Positions 39,186 through 50,866 of a DNA stretch of 64,000 nucleotides are shown here, piece by piece (positions within the stretch are counted from its first letter, which is position 1; every line of letters starts with the position of its first letter). The translations under genes and the position numbers were made by a program. The notes below the pieces were generated by a model. It did no database searches. It was not told the DNA's origin and worked only from the letters and a program-made list of their open reading frames with translations. Source of the stretch: Somniosus microcephalus (lineage: Eukaryota); contig JBMRGM010000035.1 of the NCBI GenBank assembly GCA_052327205.1, forward strand, positions 130,138,001 to 130,202,000, in the 5' to 3' direction.

Positions 39186-39614
39186 GCTTCGTGAGACAAA
39201 CTAGTTGTTGTATGTTTTGAGTTTTATTTTTGTTTTTATTTAAAAAGTGAAGAACTTGGCTAACAATTTCAGCATTCTTTACTAATCCATTCTTTTCTAA
39301 CTGGATTTTCTGAATTTCTATTTCCTTTGGCCTTCAGAAGAAGATCAGCTTTCAACGTTTGAGCTTCTGCTGGGAACGTTTGGTTCCTAGATGAGGACAA
39401 CACTAGGAAAGGTTATAATTGTCGCAATTCACTGTTTAAGGTTACAACCGACTAGGCAGGAAATCTGGTATTCAGTTGAAGCAGAAATACAAAATCAGAA
39501 AATCCATTAAAAAAGAGTGGATCAATAACGACATTCTGAAATTGTTAGCCAAGTTCTACACTTGTATGATAAACAAAAGCCAAGAATACAGCAATTAGTT
39601 TCTCTCATGAAGCT
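39186..39614. repeat. Local inverted repeat with ~130-140 bp arms
   Basis: AGAACTTGGCTAACAATTTCAG (~39251) is the reverse complement of CTGAAATTGTTAGCCAAGTTCT (~39536); similarity extends over 39186-39325 vs 39484-39614. Confidence 0.85.
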
Positions 39615-40059
39615 CGCCCCTCGTGCACACTAAATTCCCACTATAGCATCAAGCCTCATTCTGAATCTTTCTATACTGAGACAAGCTGACAGATTTTCCA
39701 AATGTCGGTCACATTTTCATGAAATAAATTCATTCCTAAATCTATCTTAGAATGAGCTAAATTTAGAGTATTTCGACTAGAGTTTTAAGTTGAACTAAAT
39801 TTATGGTTGGAGCCTCTCCGTACCACTTGGTTTATGGTATATATTCAGTATCTGTCCTTGGAAATGTAGTAACATTTCGTCACAGTCAAAAAGCAAAACA
39901 TATCTGGAGTGACAGCTCAAAGTGGTATTGCATCGGCCACCTGATTTACGCCCTGCCTGATACTGAGTTTATTGGGCCGTCTGTTTAACAGGTGGATAAT
40001 GTGGCATCACTCGTTTTGCGCTACGGCCCAAGAAGTTTTCTACCCCAAATTGCGTTTTG

Positions 40060-40510
40060 CCTTTGTGCACATACACACAAAGGTCCCTCTGTTCCTGCAC
40101 CCCCTTTAAAATTGAACCATTTAGTTCACATTGCCCCTCCTCATTCTTCCTATCAAAATGCATCGCGTCACAATTCTCTGCGTTAAATTTGATCTGGCGT
40201 CTGTCGCCCCATTTTACCACTCTATCTATGTCCTCCTGACGTTTGTTACTATCCTCCTCTAAGTTTACTACATTTCTGAGTTTCGTATATTCTGCAAACT
40301 ATGACATTATACCATTTATAACAAATGCAGGTTATTAATATATATCAAAAAGTGCAATGGTCCTAAACTGACCCCTGGGGAACACCACACTATACTTCCC
40401 TCCAGTCTGAAAAACAACAGTTCACCACTACTCTCTAGTTTCTGTCCCTTCGCCAATTTTGTATCTATGCTGCCACTGTCCCTGTAATCCCATGGGCTTT
40501 AATTTTGCTG
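40060..40510 (-). mobile_element. CR1 RT fragment, left arm only
   Basis: KFNAENCDAMHF...EQRDLCVYVH on the minus strand. Confidence 0.8.
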
Positions 40511-41400
40511 AAAAATAATCTACTAAAGGAAAGGCACGTGGGCCAGCAGTCATTCAGTGTGAGTTATCCTCGATCATCTAGGATATAAAAGATAACCTGA
40601 TTCGTTTCAATTTGAATCGCTAAAAATGTTGTCAAGGTCACACTGAAGTTAACACGATTTCTCTCCGGGGGGGAAATGTTAAATTGTTGCATTCGTTATC
40701 AATCTATTGGAATGCACTTTTCTCTCCCGGCACTGAGCACACAGTGAGACATTACTTTTATCAAATGTTCTTTCCGCTCTTGAAAGCGTTGGATCGTATT
40801 GGACCACGACTCTTCGGTTCTACTGGATTGCCTCCAAGCAAGATCATCAGTCATATGTGACCGGCAAAAGTTAGTGTCAACAAGCTTTGCGGCGATGGAG
40901 GTATTTTGCTCACATATAATCAGACGGGTGATTATTTTGTAGCAGCGTTCATTGGATAGTGAATCAGAAATCCTGACTTGTTTCTGCTCTTTTAATTCAG
41001 GAACATTAAAGCAATGTGTAAAGCTGTTACTGCTGCATGGTTTGAGGAAAGCGCACTCGGCACACATATGAAAAATAGAAGCGGGAGACTTCTGCGGTCC
41101 CTATGGCTCATTGTATGCTGTTTGGCATGAAATTGGTCATTGTAGCAGAAGGGTTAAGTTATATTTATGGAAATCATTGAGAAGCAAAATGAAATGGAAA
41201 GATATGAAGGGGGTGAGCTGCATTCACAAGAGCCCTATTCTGAAACATTATGCAGTTGTCACCTGTTTGCCACTGCTACCCTCCAGTCAGAGCAAATAAG
41301 GAAGTGTGCTTATTTTCCCTCGCTGGGAGTGGCAGCCCATTTTTTTTGAAAGGCTGGCCTTGAGGTAGATGAGCAATGGAAATACACGATCGGTTTCCCA

Positions 41401-42480
41401 CAACAACAACAACAATAACTTGATTCAAATAGCGCCTTTAATGTAGTAAAACGTGTCAAGGTGATTCACAGGATAAAAAAATTGACACCGAGACACATAA
41501 GGAGAAATTAGGGCAGGTGACCAAAAGCTTGGTCAAAGAGATAGGTTTTAAGGAGCATTGTAAAGCAGGAAAGAGGGGTAGGGAGGCGGAAAAGTTTAGG
41601 CAGGGATTTCCAGAGCTTAGGGCTTAGGAAACAGAAGGCACGGCCACCAATGATTGAGCAATTATAATCAGGGATGCTCAAGAGGACAGAATTAAAGGAG
41701 CACAGATATTTCGGGGGATTGTGGGGCAGGAGGAGATTACAGAGATAGGGAGGGGCGAGGCCATGGAGAGATTTGAATACAAGGATGAGAATTTTGAAAC
41801 TGAGGCATTGCTTAACTGGGAGCCACTGTAGGTCAGCGAGCACAGGGCTGATGGGTGAACGGGACTTGTTGCGAGTTAGGATACGTGCAGCCGAGTTTTG
41901 AATGACCTCAAGTTTACATAGCCAGCCAGGAGTGCGTTGGAATAGTCAAATCTAAAGGTAACAAAGGCATAGTTGAGGGTTTCAGCAGCGGATGAGCTGA
42001 GGCAAGGGTGGAGACAGGCGATGTTACGGAGGTGGAAATAGGGGTTTTTAGTTATGCTGCGGATATGTGGTTGGAAGCTTATTTCAGGGTCAAAGATGAC
42101 ACCAAGGTTGTGAACAGTGTGGTTCCACCTCAGACAGATGTTAGGGCGAGGGATGGAGTCAGTGGCTAGGGAACGGAGTTTGTGATGGGGACCAGAAACA
42201 ATGGCTTCGCACTTCCCAATATTTAATTGGGGAAAATTTCTGCTCATCCAGAACTGGATGCAGGACAAGCAGTCTGACAATTTCAAAACCATGGAGGTGT
42301 CGGGAGAAGTGGTGGTGCGGTAGAGCTGGGTGTTGTCAGCGTACATGTGGAACCTGACGTTGTGTTTTCCGGTGATGTTCCCAAGGGGCAGCATGTAGAT
42401 GAGAAACAGGAGGGGGCCAAGGATAGATCCTTGGAGGACACCAGAGGTAATGATGCGGGAGCGGAAAGAGAAGCCATTGA
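41401..42480 (-). mobile_element. 5'-truncated L2 LINE, left arm only
   Basis: HMYADNTQLY, LQWLPV, IGGRAF and LKTYLF motifs; (TTG)n tail. The empty site is at ~45760 in the right arm. Confidence 0.92.
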
Positions 42481-43239
42481 ATATACGTTAATACTTCAGT
42501 TGCGATTCTTCATCATAACCTTCACGTCCTAGCTTGTGTTTTTAACAGCTCAATGGATGACCCGAATTTAATCCTTCTTTTATTCTAACTCTGTAGTCTC
42601 AGCATCTAACTGTATATTGGATGATTCCTTTTTTTACTTCTGCTTCGCAGTTTAATCCAAGAATATATATAACGGTTTCAGTAAAGAAATTCCTTCTGAT
42701 ACCTGTTTCTGATTTACTTTTCATTAATATAAAATTATGTCCCCAGTCCTAAATTCCTGACTTACTTTGAAGCACCCCAGATTGGAAAAAAAACTTCAAG
42801 AAAGAATGAAACTCTGTATTTTTCATTAGGGATTGAAGGACCTGCTTATCCTTGCATGTATTATTAGAAACTGGACAGGTCTTAACTACATCCCCACCTT
42901 TACCAATGAAACCTGTGCATGGTCATACTTCAGTTATGTTCTGTATTAACATATAGAAACACTTATCTCTGTAAAGAGACAAAATACTATATTAAAGATG
43001 TAGGAAAAGGGCATTTACATCACATATTGTCCCACTGTTACTGGAAATCACGCGGTCTCGTATTCAACTATACTTTCAATGTCGTAATTTATTTCAATTA
43101 AATTTCAAGTCAGGTATTCTGTTCCACACGCTTATCCACCTCAGCGTATATTTAATTTTGTAAATCACTGTTTCTAATGCATTTCTCACTCATTTAGACT
43201 CATGCCATTATTGTTCTTATGTTGATATATCATCAGGCC

Positions 43240-43890
43240 TAGTTCTGGTCCAATTAAGCTATATAGTTTAGCAATTTATATATATCAAGAAGTTCCACCT
43301 TCACTTTTTTCTTTTAAGCCTCTCCATTATTCCCTCATCCCTTTGCTGTGAGTAAAAATTAGTTGTTCTTCAGGACACTTTTCCATATAAGTAGTGGAGA
43401 CAAAGTGTTCACACATTAGTTTAACTATGCTCTCAACAGTGCAGTATAAAGTTTTAGCATGTTATGCGTGCATGTATCCCTTACCATTACGATAAGCATA
43501 CAATTGTACAGCACAGAAGGAGGCCATTCGGCCTATCAGGCCTGTGCCCGCTGTTTGGTAGATCTACCCAATTAATTCTACTCCCTTTCTCTTTCCCCAT
43601 ATCCCTATATTTTCCCTTCAAGTTATTATCCGATTCCATTTTGAATGTTACTATTGAATTTGCTTCCATCACTCTTTCAGGCAGTGCATTCCAGATCACA
43701 ACAAATCGCTGTGTGAAAATATGTTTCCTCATGTCCCCTCTGATTTTTTTGCCAATCACCTTAAATCTGCATTCCCTGGTTACCGAAGCTTCTGCCACAG
43801 GAAACCATTTCTCCTTATTTACTGTATCAACGCCATTCATGACTTTGAACACCTCTTTCATAACGCCTCTTCACCTTCTCTGCTCCAAGG
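43240..43890 (-). mobile_element. CR1 fragments forming most of the palindrome spacer
   Basis: FTQRFVVIWNALPERV motif and CR1 3' tail. Confidence 0.8.
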
Positions 43891-44591
43891 AAACACTTAG
43901 GTCTGTAGTGCTGAACAATAGAGCGACATTGCTCCAGAATCAGACCAGATGGCTGAGTTTAAATTAGTGAGAAACGCATCATAAACAAAGATATGCAAAA
44001 ATAAAAGAAATCCGCAGTTCATAGGCATGTGGAACAGCACACCTGGTTAGGAATTCGAGTGAAATGAATCACAACAATCAAAACATAATTGAAAACAAGA
44101 CTGCATGATTACAGTAACAGCGGGTCAACCTTTGATGTGTAAATGCCCTTTCTGTATGTTATTAATTATATTTCTTTATTTTCACTACAGACCTAAGTGT
44201 GTTTATATGTTAATACAGAAGATAACTGATATATGGCCATGCGTACATTTTATAGCATCCACGGGAAAGATAGAGATGTAGTTCAAACCTGCCCAGTTTA
44301 TAAAAATATATATATAAAGAAGACACTGCACATCAGGTAGTTCAATCCCTTAGTGACAAACACGGGGCAACATTTTGTGTTGGAATTTTTTTCCCAATCT
44401 GGCGTGCTTCAAAAAAGTAATTAATTGAGGACTGGAGACATAAATTTATATTAATACAAAGTAAATCAGAAACAGGTATCTGAAATAATTTCTTCACTGA
44501 AAATATTATATATGCTTTGATTAATCTGCGAAGCAACAGCAGAAAAAATTGAGTCCATCAAAATATAGTTCGATGCTGAGGCTGAAGAGCT

Positions 44592-44850
44592 ATAGAAACA
44601 TAGAAACATAGAAGATAGGAGCAGGAGTGGGCCATTCGGCCCCTCGAGCCTACTCCGCCATTCAATGAGATCATGGCTGCTCATCCAAACTCTGTACCCT
44701 GTCCCTGCCTTATCCCCATATCCCTTGATCCCTTTAGCCGTAAGAAATATGTCTACCTCCTTCTTGAATATATTAAATGAATTGGCCTCAACTGCATTCT
44801 GTGGTAGAGAATTCCACAGGTTCACCACTCTCTGGGTGAAGAAATTCATA
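44592..44850 (-). mobile_element. CR1 3' end
   Basis: Starts with TAGAAACATAGAAACATAGAA (reverse complement of the tail); FFTQRVVNLWNSLP. Confidence 0.9.
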
Positions 44851-44852
44851 AT

Positions 44853-45660
44853 ACGAATGGCAAATGGAATTTAACCCTGAAAAGTGTGAGGTGATGCATT
44901 TTGGAAGGACTAAAAATGCAAGGGAATACACACTGAATGGTAGGACCCTAGGAAGGACAACGGATCAGAGAGAACTTGGTGCGCATGTACATAGATCCCT
45001 GAAGGCAGCAGGACAGGTAGATAAGGTGGTGAAGAAGGCATATGCGATACTTGCCTTCATTAGCCGAGGCATAGAATATAAGAGCAGGGAGGTTATGATG
45101 GAGCTGTACAAAACGCTAGTTAGGCCACAGCTGGAATACTGTGTGCAGTTCCAGTCGCCACACTATAGGAAGGATGTGATTGCATTAGGGAAGGTGCAGA
45201 GGAGATTCACCAGGATGTTACCTGGACTGGAGTGCTTCAGCTATGAAGGGAGACTGGACAGGCTGGGGTGTTTTCCTTAGAGCAGTGAAGGCTGAGGGGG
45301 GACCTGATTGAGGTGTACAAAATTATGAGGGGCATAGATAGGGTAGATAGAAAGGAACTTTTCCCCTTAGTAGAGGGGTCATTAACCAGGGGGCATAGTT
45401 TCAATGTAAGGGGCAGGAGGTTTAGAGGGGATTTGAGGAAAAACGCTTTCACCCAGAGGGTGGTTGGAATCTGCAACTCACTGCCTGAAAGGGTGGTAGA
45501 GGCAGGAACCCTCACAACATTCAAGAAGCATTTAGCTGAGCACTTGAAACGCCACAGCATACAAGGCTATGGACCAAGTGCTGGAAAATGGGATTAGAAT
45601 AGATAGGGCCTGATGGCCGGCCCAAACATGGTGGGCCAAAGGGCCTCTTTCTGTGCTGAA
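44853..45660 (+). mobile_element. 5'-truncated CR1 of a different subfamily
   Basis: MEFNPEKCEVMHFG...LVRPQLEYCVQF...FTQRVVGICNSLP. Confidence 0.92.
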
Positions 45661-46141
45661 TATGATACGAAGGATTTAATTTGATACATCCGTTGAGCTT
45701 TATCCTCCATGCCTTATGTTTTTATGATGAAGGATCGCAACTGAAGAATGAACGTATCTTTCTGTGGTAAACTGATCGTGTATTTCTACTGCTCTTCCGC
45801 CTCAAGGCCCGGTTTAAAAAAAAAGGGTTATCACTCCCTACGAGGCAAAATAGACACGCTTCCTTATTTACTCCGGCTGGAAGGAAAGCAACGAATAATA
45901 GGTGGCATCTGAGTTATGTTTCAGTATAGGACAATTGTGAATGCATTACAGCCCCCCTTATATATTTCCATAGACATTTGCTTCTCAGTGGCATCCAGAA
46001 ATGTAACTTAACGCTGATGCTACAGTGAACAATTGCATGTCACTCAGCAAACAATTAGCCATATGAACACGAAAGTCTCAGCTTCTATCATTAATATGTC
46101 CTGAGTTAGCTTTTCACAAAACATGCAGCAGTAACAACATT

Positions 46142-46847
46142 GGGCCGGATATTCCGATGCCTACGGGTGTGTACGCGCCGTGTACACACCTGTACAGACA
46201 TCGTAAATGTCGGATTCAGGCATGCACAGCACATGCGCTGAAAACCGGCATTTCCGATCTGTCAAGAATGCTCTTGACAGATCGGACGCCTGCCCTGGAG
46301 AAGGGCCTCTGTGTGCAGATAGTTCCGCTTTCTGGAGAACCTCCTCCCGCAGAGAGTCCTTAGCAATCTTACGCCTGGTAAAAGCAGCTGTAAGGCCTGC
46401 TTTTACGAGCATAAGATTTGAAAAAAAAATTAACTCATTTATCATTTTAAAATACTTTTAAAAATGTTAAGTTTATTTTTAGCCCCGTAAAAAACTTTAA
46501 TTTAATTTATTGTAAATTCAACTAATTTTAAAAATGAGATTTAAAAAAAAAGTATTTAATGTTTTAAAGTGTTTTGGGGTTGATCTCCATGCATATATTT
46601 GACAGGTCTATCTGTCAAGTGTATGAAGGAAGATTCCCTTGTTTGATTGGCTCCCCGTGGCCCACGTGATCCCAGGGACGCTTGCATTCCGCATTCGCCT
46701 CTTGGATACCTGGGCCCTGTGCACTTGGAGTTGGAGAGGCTCCGGATCGGAACTATACGCCCCTCGGGAGCCCTCAGGTAAGTGAGAAGATTTTTCAAGA
46801 TCGGAGACCTCCGCATGCGGAAAGCCTCCGATAGGAAAATACGGCCC
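46142..46847. mobile_element. Family-A MITE, right arm only
   Basis: TIRs GGGCCGGATATTCCGAT and ATAGGAAAATACGGCCC; empty site at ~41020. Confidence 0.85.
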
Positions 46848-49800
46848 TTTATAAATTGCTTCAGTGCTCCCGCATTAAGTGAGCGAAAAGATGTGAGGAT
46901 TGCTGATTAACTATCTAGTGGTCGCTGCTACAAACTAGTCCCCCGGCCTGACGTGAACACAAGGCCGCCATCGACAAATACTTGTTAGCTGAATATCGCA
47001 TTTCCTGCCTAGTCTGTTTTAAACCTAAACGGTAACTTGCGACAAGCAGACCCATTCCTGCTGTTGCCTTCATCTTAGAACCAAAGGTTTCCGGCAGAAG
47101 CTCGGGGGCTGGAAGCTGCCAGTTTTTCTCCTTCCTCTTGTAAAACTAAGATCGATTATAAATCATAACTTCTACCTCGCCTAGTACAATCGTGGCTGTG
47201 CACTGATGGTGGATCGATTTTCGAACCTGCTGATATATGAGCTTCTTTGGCAAAGCAAGCCCAATATTTAGTGAATCAAAGGTCATGGATACTCGTTTCT
47301 AATGCTTTTGCTCTAACTTGCACTATCATATATTTGTTGCTAGTTTCAAGGTAAGTTGTTCTTAGGTCCTTTTGATCTTAGCTTCTATTTTTAAGTCCCA
47401 GACCAGATACACAAGTCGCATCCAGTGTGAGTAAACGTGTCTCTGATTGGAGAGTCAGATTTTGAAGGATTCTTTACTCGGAGTGTAACACGAATTCAGA
47501 CAGCGCTGACTACAGGGGGTGAAATTGGTCTACGTCGGTAGCGCAAAATGGGCGATAACAATTCGGCAGCTGTCGTTGGAACGAAAACCTGTCGGAGTAC
47601 AACACGGGATGTGGACATGCAACCACCCGTTTTGCGCTACCGACCATGAGCAATTTCGCCCTGCTGTTGTCTTCTTTTGAAAATGATGGTATAAAACCGG
47701 CTCCTTTTAAAAGGGAACTGTTGCATTTGTTGAAAACCACGGCCAGTTCATTCACTGCTCTGGCTTAATTATTTTTTACTTTAATGGAACGTTTCGTTTA
47801 ATTTTGCTATTCGCATCGTCATTTTATGAGTCATTCCGAGTCACTGTGTTCATTGTCAACACGTGACATTTTAAAAGACGTGGTGTTTGCAGCCTCTGCG
47901 CGTCATGGATTGAAAAACTTACCAATTATTATTGAATAATTCGTTATTATAGAGAAGCTTTCAAGAGGAGTACACAGGTTCGTCCTTTTTTGGGGTTAAG
48001 GCTTATTTTGGAGGAAAATTACTCACTGTTGCTTACACGGTTATTATCTTCTGCTCTATTCTGCAGTTAGAACATTTAGAATTGTTGGAAGATCTCTATT
48101 TTGAGCCTGAATTGAGATGGCAGGTTTCCCCCCATTTTTATCTTCTGCTCCTTTTGTAATCTGTCTTTCGCAACTTCCATTATTTCTTGCAATTTCATCA
48201 AAAGTTATGCAAATTCGCCAATATTACTGGCTAGCAAGTAAAATTAACTTAATTGTGTCATTCTGAATATTTTCATAAAGAATAACAAATGCGGTATATT
48301 TATCCCGTGTTTTTCTCGTTGATATATTCCACGAAAAGACAACAAAATCTACCGACAAATTACAGGCTCGCTGCTCATAAAGGGCAAGGGAAATGAAATC
48401 TCATCCTCCCTCAATGGTTCGGTAGTGTACGTTAAAGTATGATTGCCATGCAAGCCCATTGATCCCTGGTGGATGATGAGTTAGCTATCTTGACCTTGAA
48501 GGATGTTTCCAAATTATATGAATATTTTAGATAACGTCAATAAAGGGGCCCCAGAGTCAGCTGAAAGTATGTAGATGCGGGAATCGGTAAGGAATGGTAT
48601 GGGTCTGTACGCTGTCGATTGCCTTTTCCATTTGAACTCTCTAGAATCGTCCCTGAGGAATAAGCATGGAACATTTTCAAACACACCTAGGCAAAAAGCC
48701 AACTCCTACAGAGGTGGGACAGATCATTGGCGAGAAATATTGCTTTCTAAAAAGTGGAATTTAAAACTGAATGATATTTTTGTCCAGAAATATGGTCCAC
48801 AAGCAACCCATTAGCGCTATCCAATTTGAATGCCAATGTGGATCTCAAGTGGAAGAAAATACTTCAGTCGTTGCTGAAAAAATGTAAAGAAACGCAAGAC
48901 ACCATCTGTGGATACGGATTATAGAGGCTGGAGGTGAAGAAACTATCTCGGGTGCGAGAAAATAGAACTGTGGGTCTGAAAAAAATATTCTTTTCCGAAA
49001 CAGATTTAGACTTAACGTATAGTTAACCTGATGTGTTTACAGTTGTAAATTAATCATTGGGATATATATCAGGAATGTTGTGGGACAAGCAAAAAAATAA
49101 ATATATAATTATCAGACTTAAACTTCTCTGTCATCAAAACTGCAGAGATAGCGTTCTTAAAATGATAATAGACGGGGACCAAAATGTGTCAGCATTTCTG
49201 CAGTTATACCAGTTGCAACACAATTGAAATGACCATGAATGTTATCATCTACAACTTGATACAGTCAACAGTTTCCTTCCTGAAAGAAACAATCCACTTG
49301 TATTAACCTTTGAAAATCTTGATGCACCACGACGTCCTAATCTGATGAATCAGTCGAGTGGAATCTGTTTTCCTTTTATATATTTCAGAATAAAAGTAAG
49401 CGGGAAACAGTCTTCTCTCATTTTTATCCAGAGATCCTTGGAGGAACTCAGATATATTTATTTAATGCTCCTTTATGAATATTTTCGCTAATTTACAGGT
49501 ACTATATGGCGGCATTACGTCTACTCTGATTTAAATAATCAAATCAACTTTCTCCTAAACTTTAATGTTGACAAGCACCATATCAAGATGTTTCGGCTCT
49601 TTTCAGTCTGAAACCCCCTTCTGTTGCCATATATTTCGCGTTCAGCCTACATAGCGATCGTAATGCCAAGGATATCACAATTTTAACGCCAACTTTCGCT
49701 AACAATGATGAGGTGCATTTCTATGAAGCCAAGTTTGCTGTGCGAGTTTAGTTCGATTATACTTCCTCCGATAGGATTGGGCCGTCCTAATCTAAGAACG

Positions 49801-50748
49801 CTGTACACATAAAAATGTAAAATGCTGTTGTAATTACACCAACCTGAAATCCCTTTGATTAGGGAAACAATTTAAGTTTGGATTCAGTTCTGGTAACAAT
49901 TAGGGGATACTTTAAAAATAGACTTTAAAATTCTAAAGCAAATTCAGATAATTGTGAAACATGCATATGGGATCTTACGCTTTATCGATAAGACAATATA
50001 ATATAAAAAGAAAAGAAAATAATGCTAAACTTATATAACTCATCACTTAGTTGTAGTAGAATATTGGAAGCTAGTTTGGCGAATCGGCAGCCCGTTTTAG
50101 ATCTCTCCTGATTTTTATTCCTATTGACTTCAATGGAAATCAAAAACGGGAGTAAGATATAACAAATGGATGATCCAATGTTCGCCTGTTTTACACTATC
50201 GCACAAAGTCAAAATTAACCACAGGAACTCATTTAACACGAAAAAGGAAGGTTATGAGAAGAACGATTTAAAATTCTATGGGGGTAAGTTTAACCCTTGG
50301 TGATTATGCACAAGCGATATCCGAAAGTTTTGCACAATTAACAAGAGTTTAAATACCACCTCATAATTTTAAGTTTATTCGAATTAACTGAGTTCTTATG
50401 GTTAAGTTTGACTTTGTGTGAGTGTAAAACAGGCGGTATCTGCCATTGAGAATACACCCTATTCGATTGTGCTTTCTAAATTCATTATTATATTGTTATT
50501 CTGTTATCACTCAATGTTAAAATTACCCCGAGAGGTAAATGGGACCCAATCCCAGATCATCCGCTATAAACTATCGCCAAAAGTTAAAATTACCACCATT
50601 TACTGTTTGTCGCTTTTCAGGTTCCTTGTCCATTAAAACTAATTGGAAGAAATTGGCCTCTGCAGAAAGGGAGAAATTCCGACCGATAGATCATATTAAC
50701 ACGATAAAAAATGTTTCCATTTTGTTTTGAGCAGTTGTTGATTTTGAA

Positions 50749-50866
50749 ATGGCGGCACCTGTTGATGAGTACATAAACATTGGAACAGAGCCCTTTGAAG
50801 AAAACAATTTGAGCCAAGTGTACGATGGCGAAGATAAAGCGAAGTACAAATCCATGAGTGCAAAAG
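50749..50866 (+). CDS. Copy B candidate first coding exon
   Basis: GAAATGG start context; donor AAAG|GTAATT in phase 1; acceptor CTTTTCAG ending at 50620; in-frame TGA at 50728-50730 upstream of the ATG. Confidence 0.6.

Larger units (their letters stand above)
25830..43207. repeat. Left arm of large inverted segmental duplication
   Basis: Collinear reverse-complement matches to the right arm, e.g. 25833-25881 vs ~62767-62815, 26960-27005 vs ~62200-62250, 35921-36085 vs ~49180-49345 and 42690-42790 vs ~44390-44485. Confidence 0.95.
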
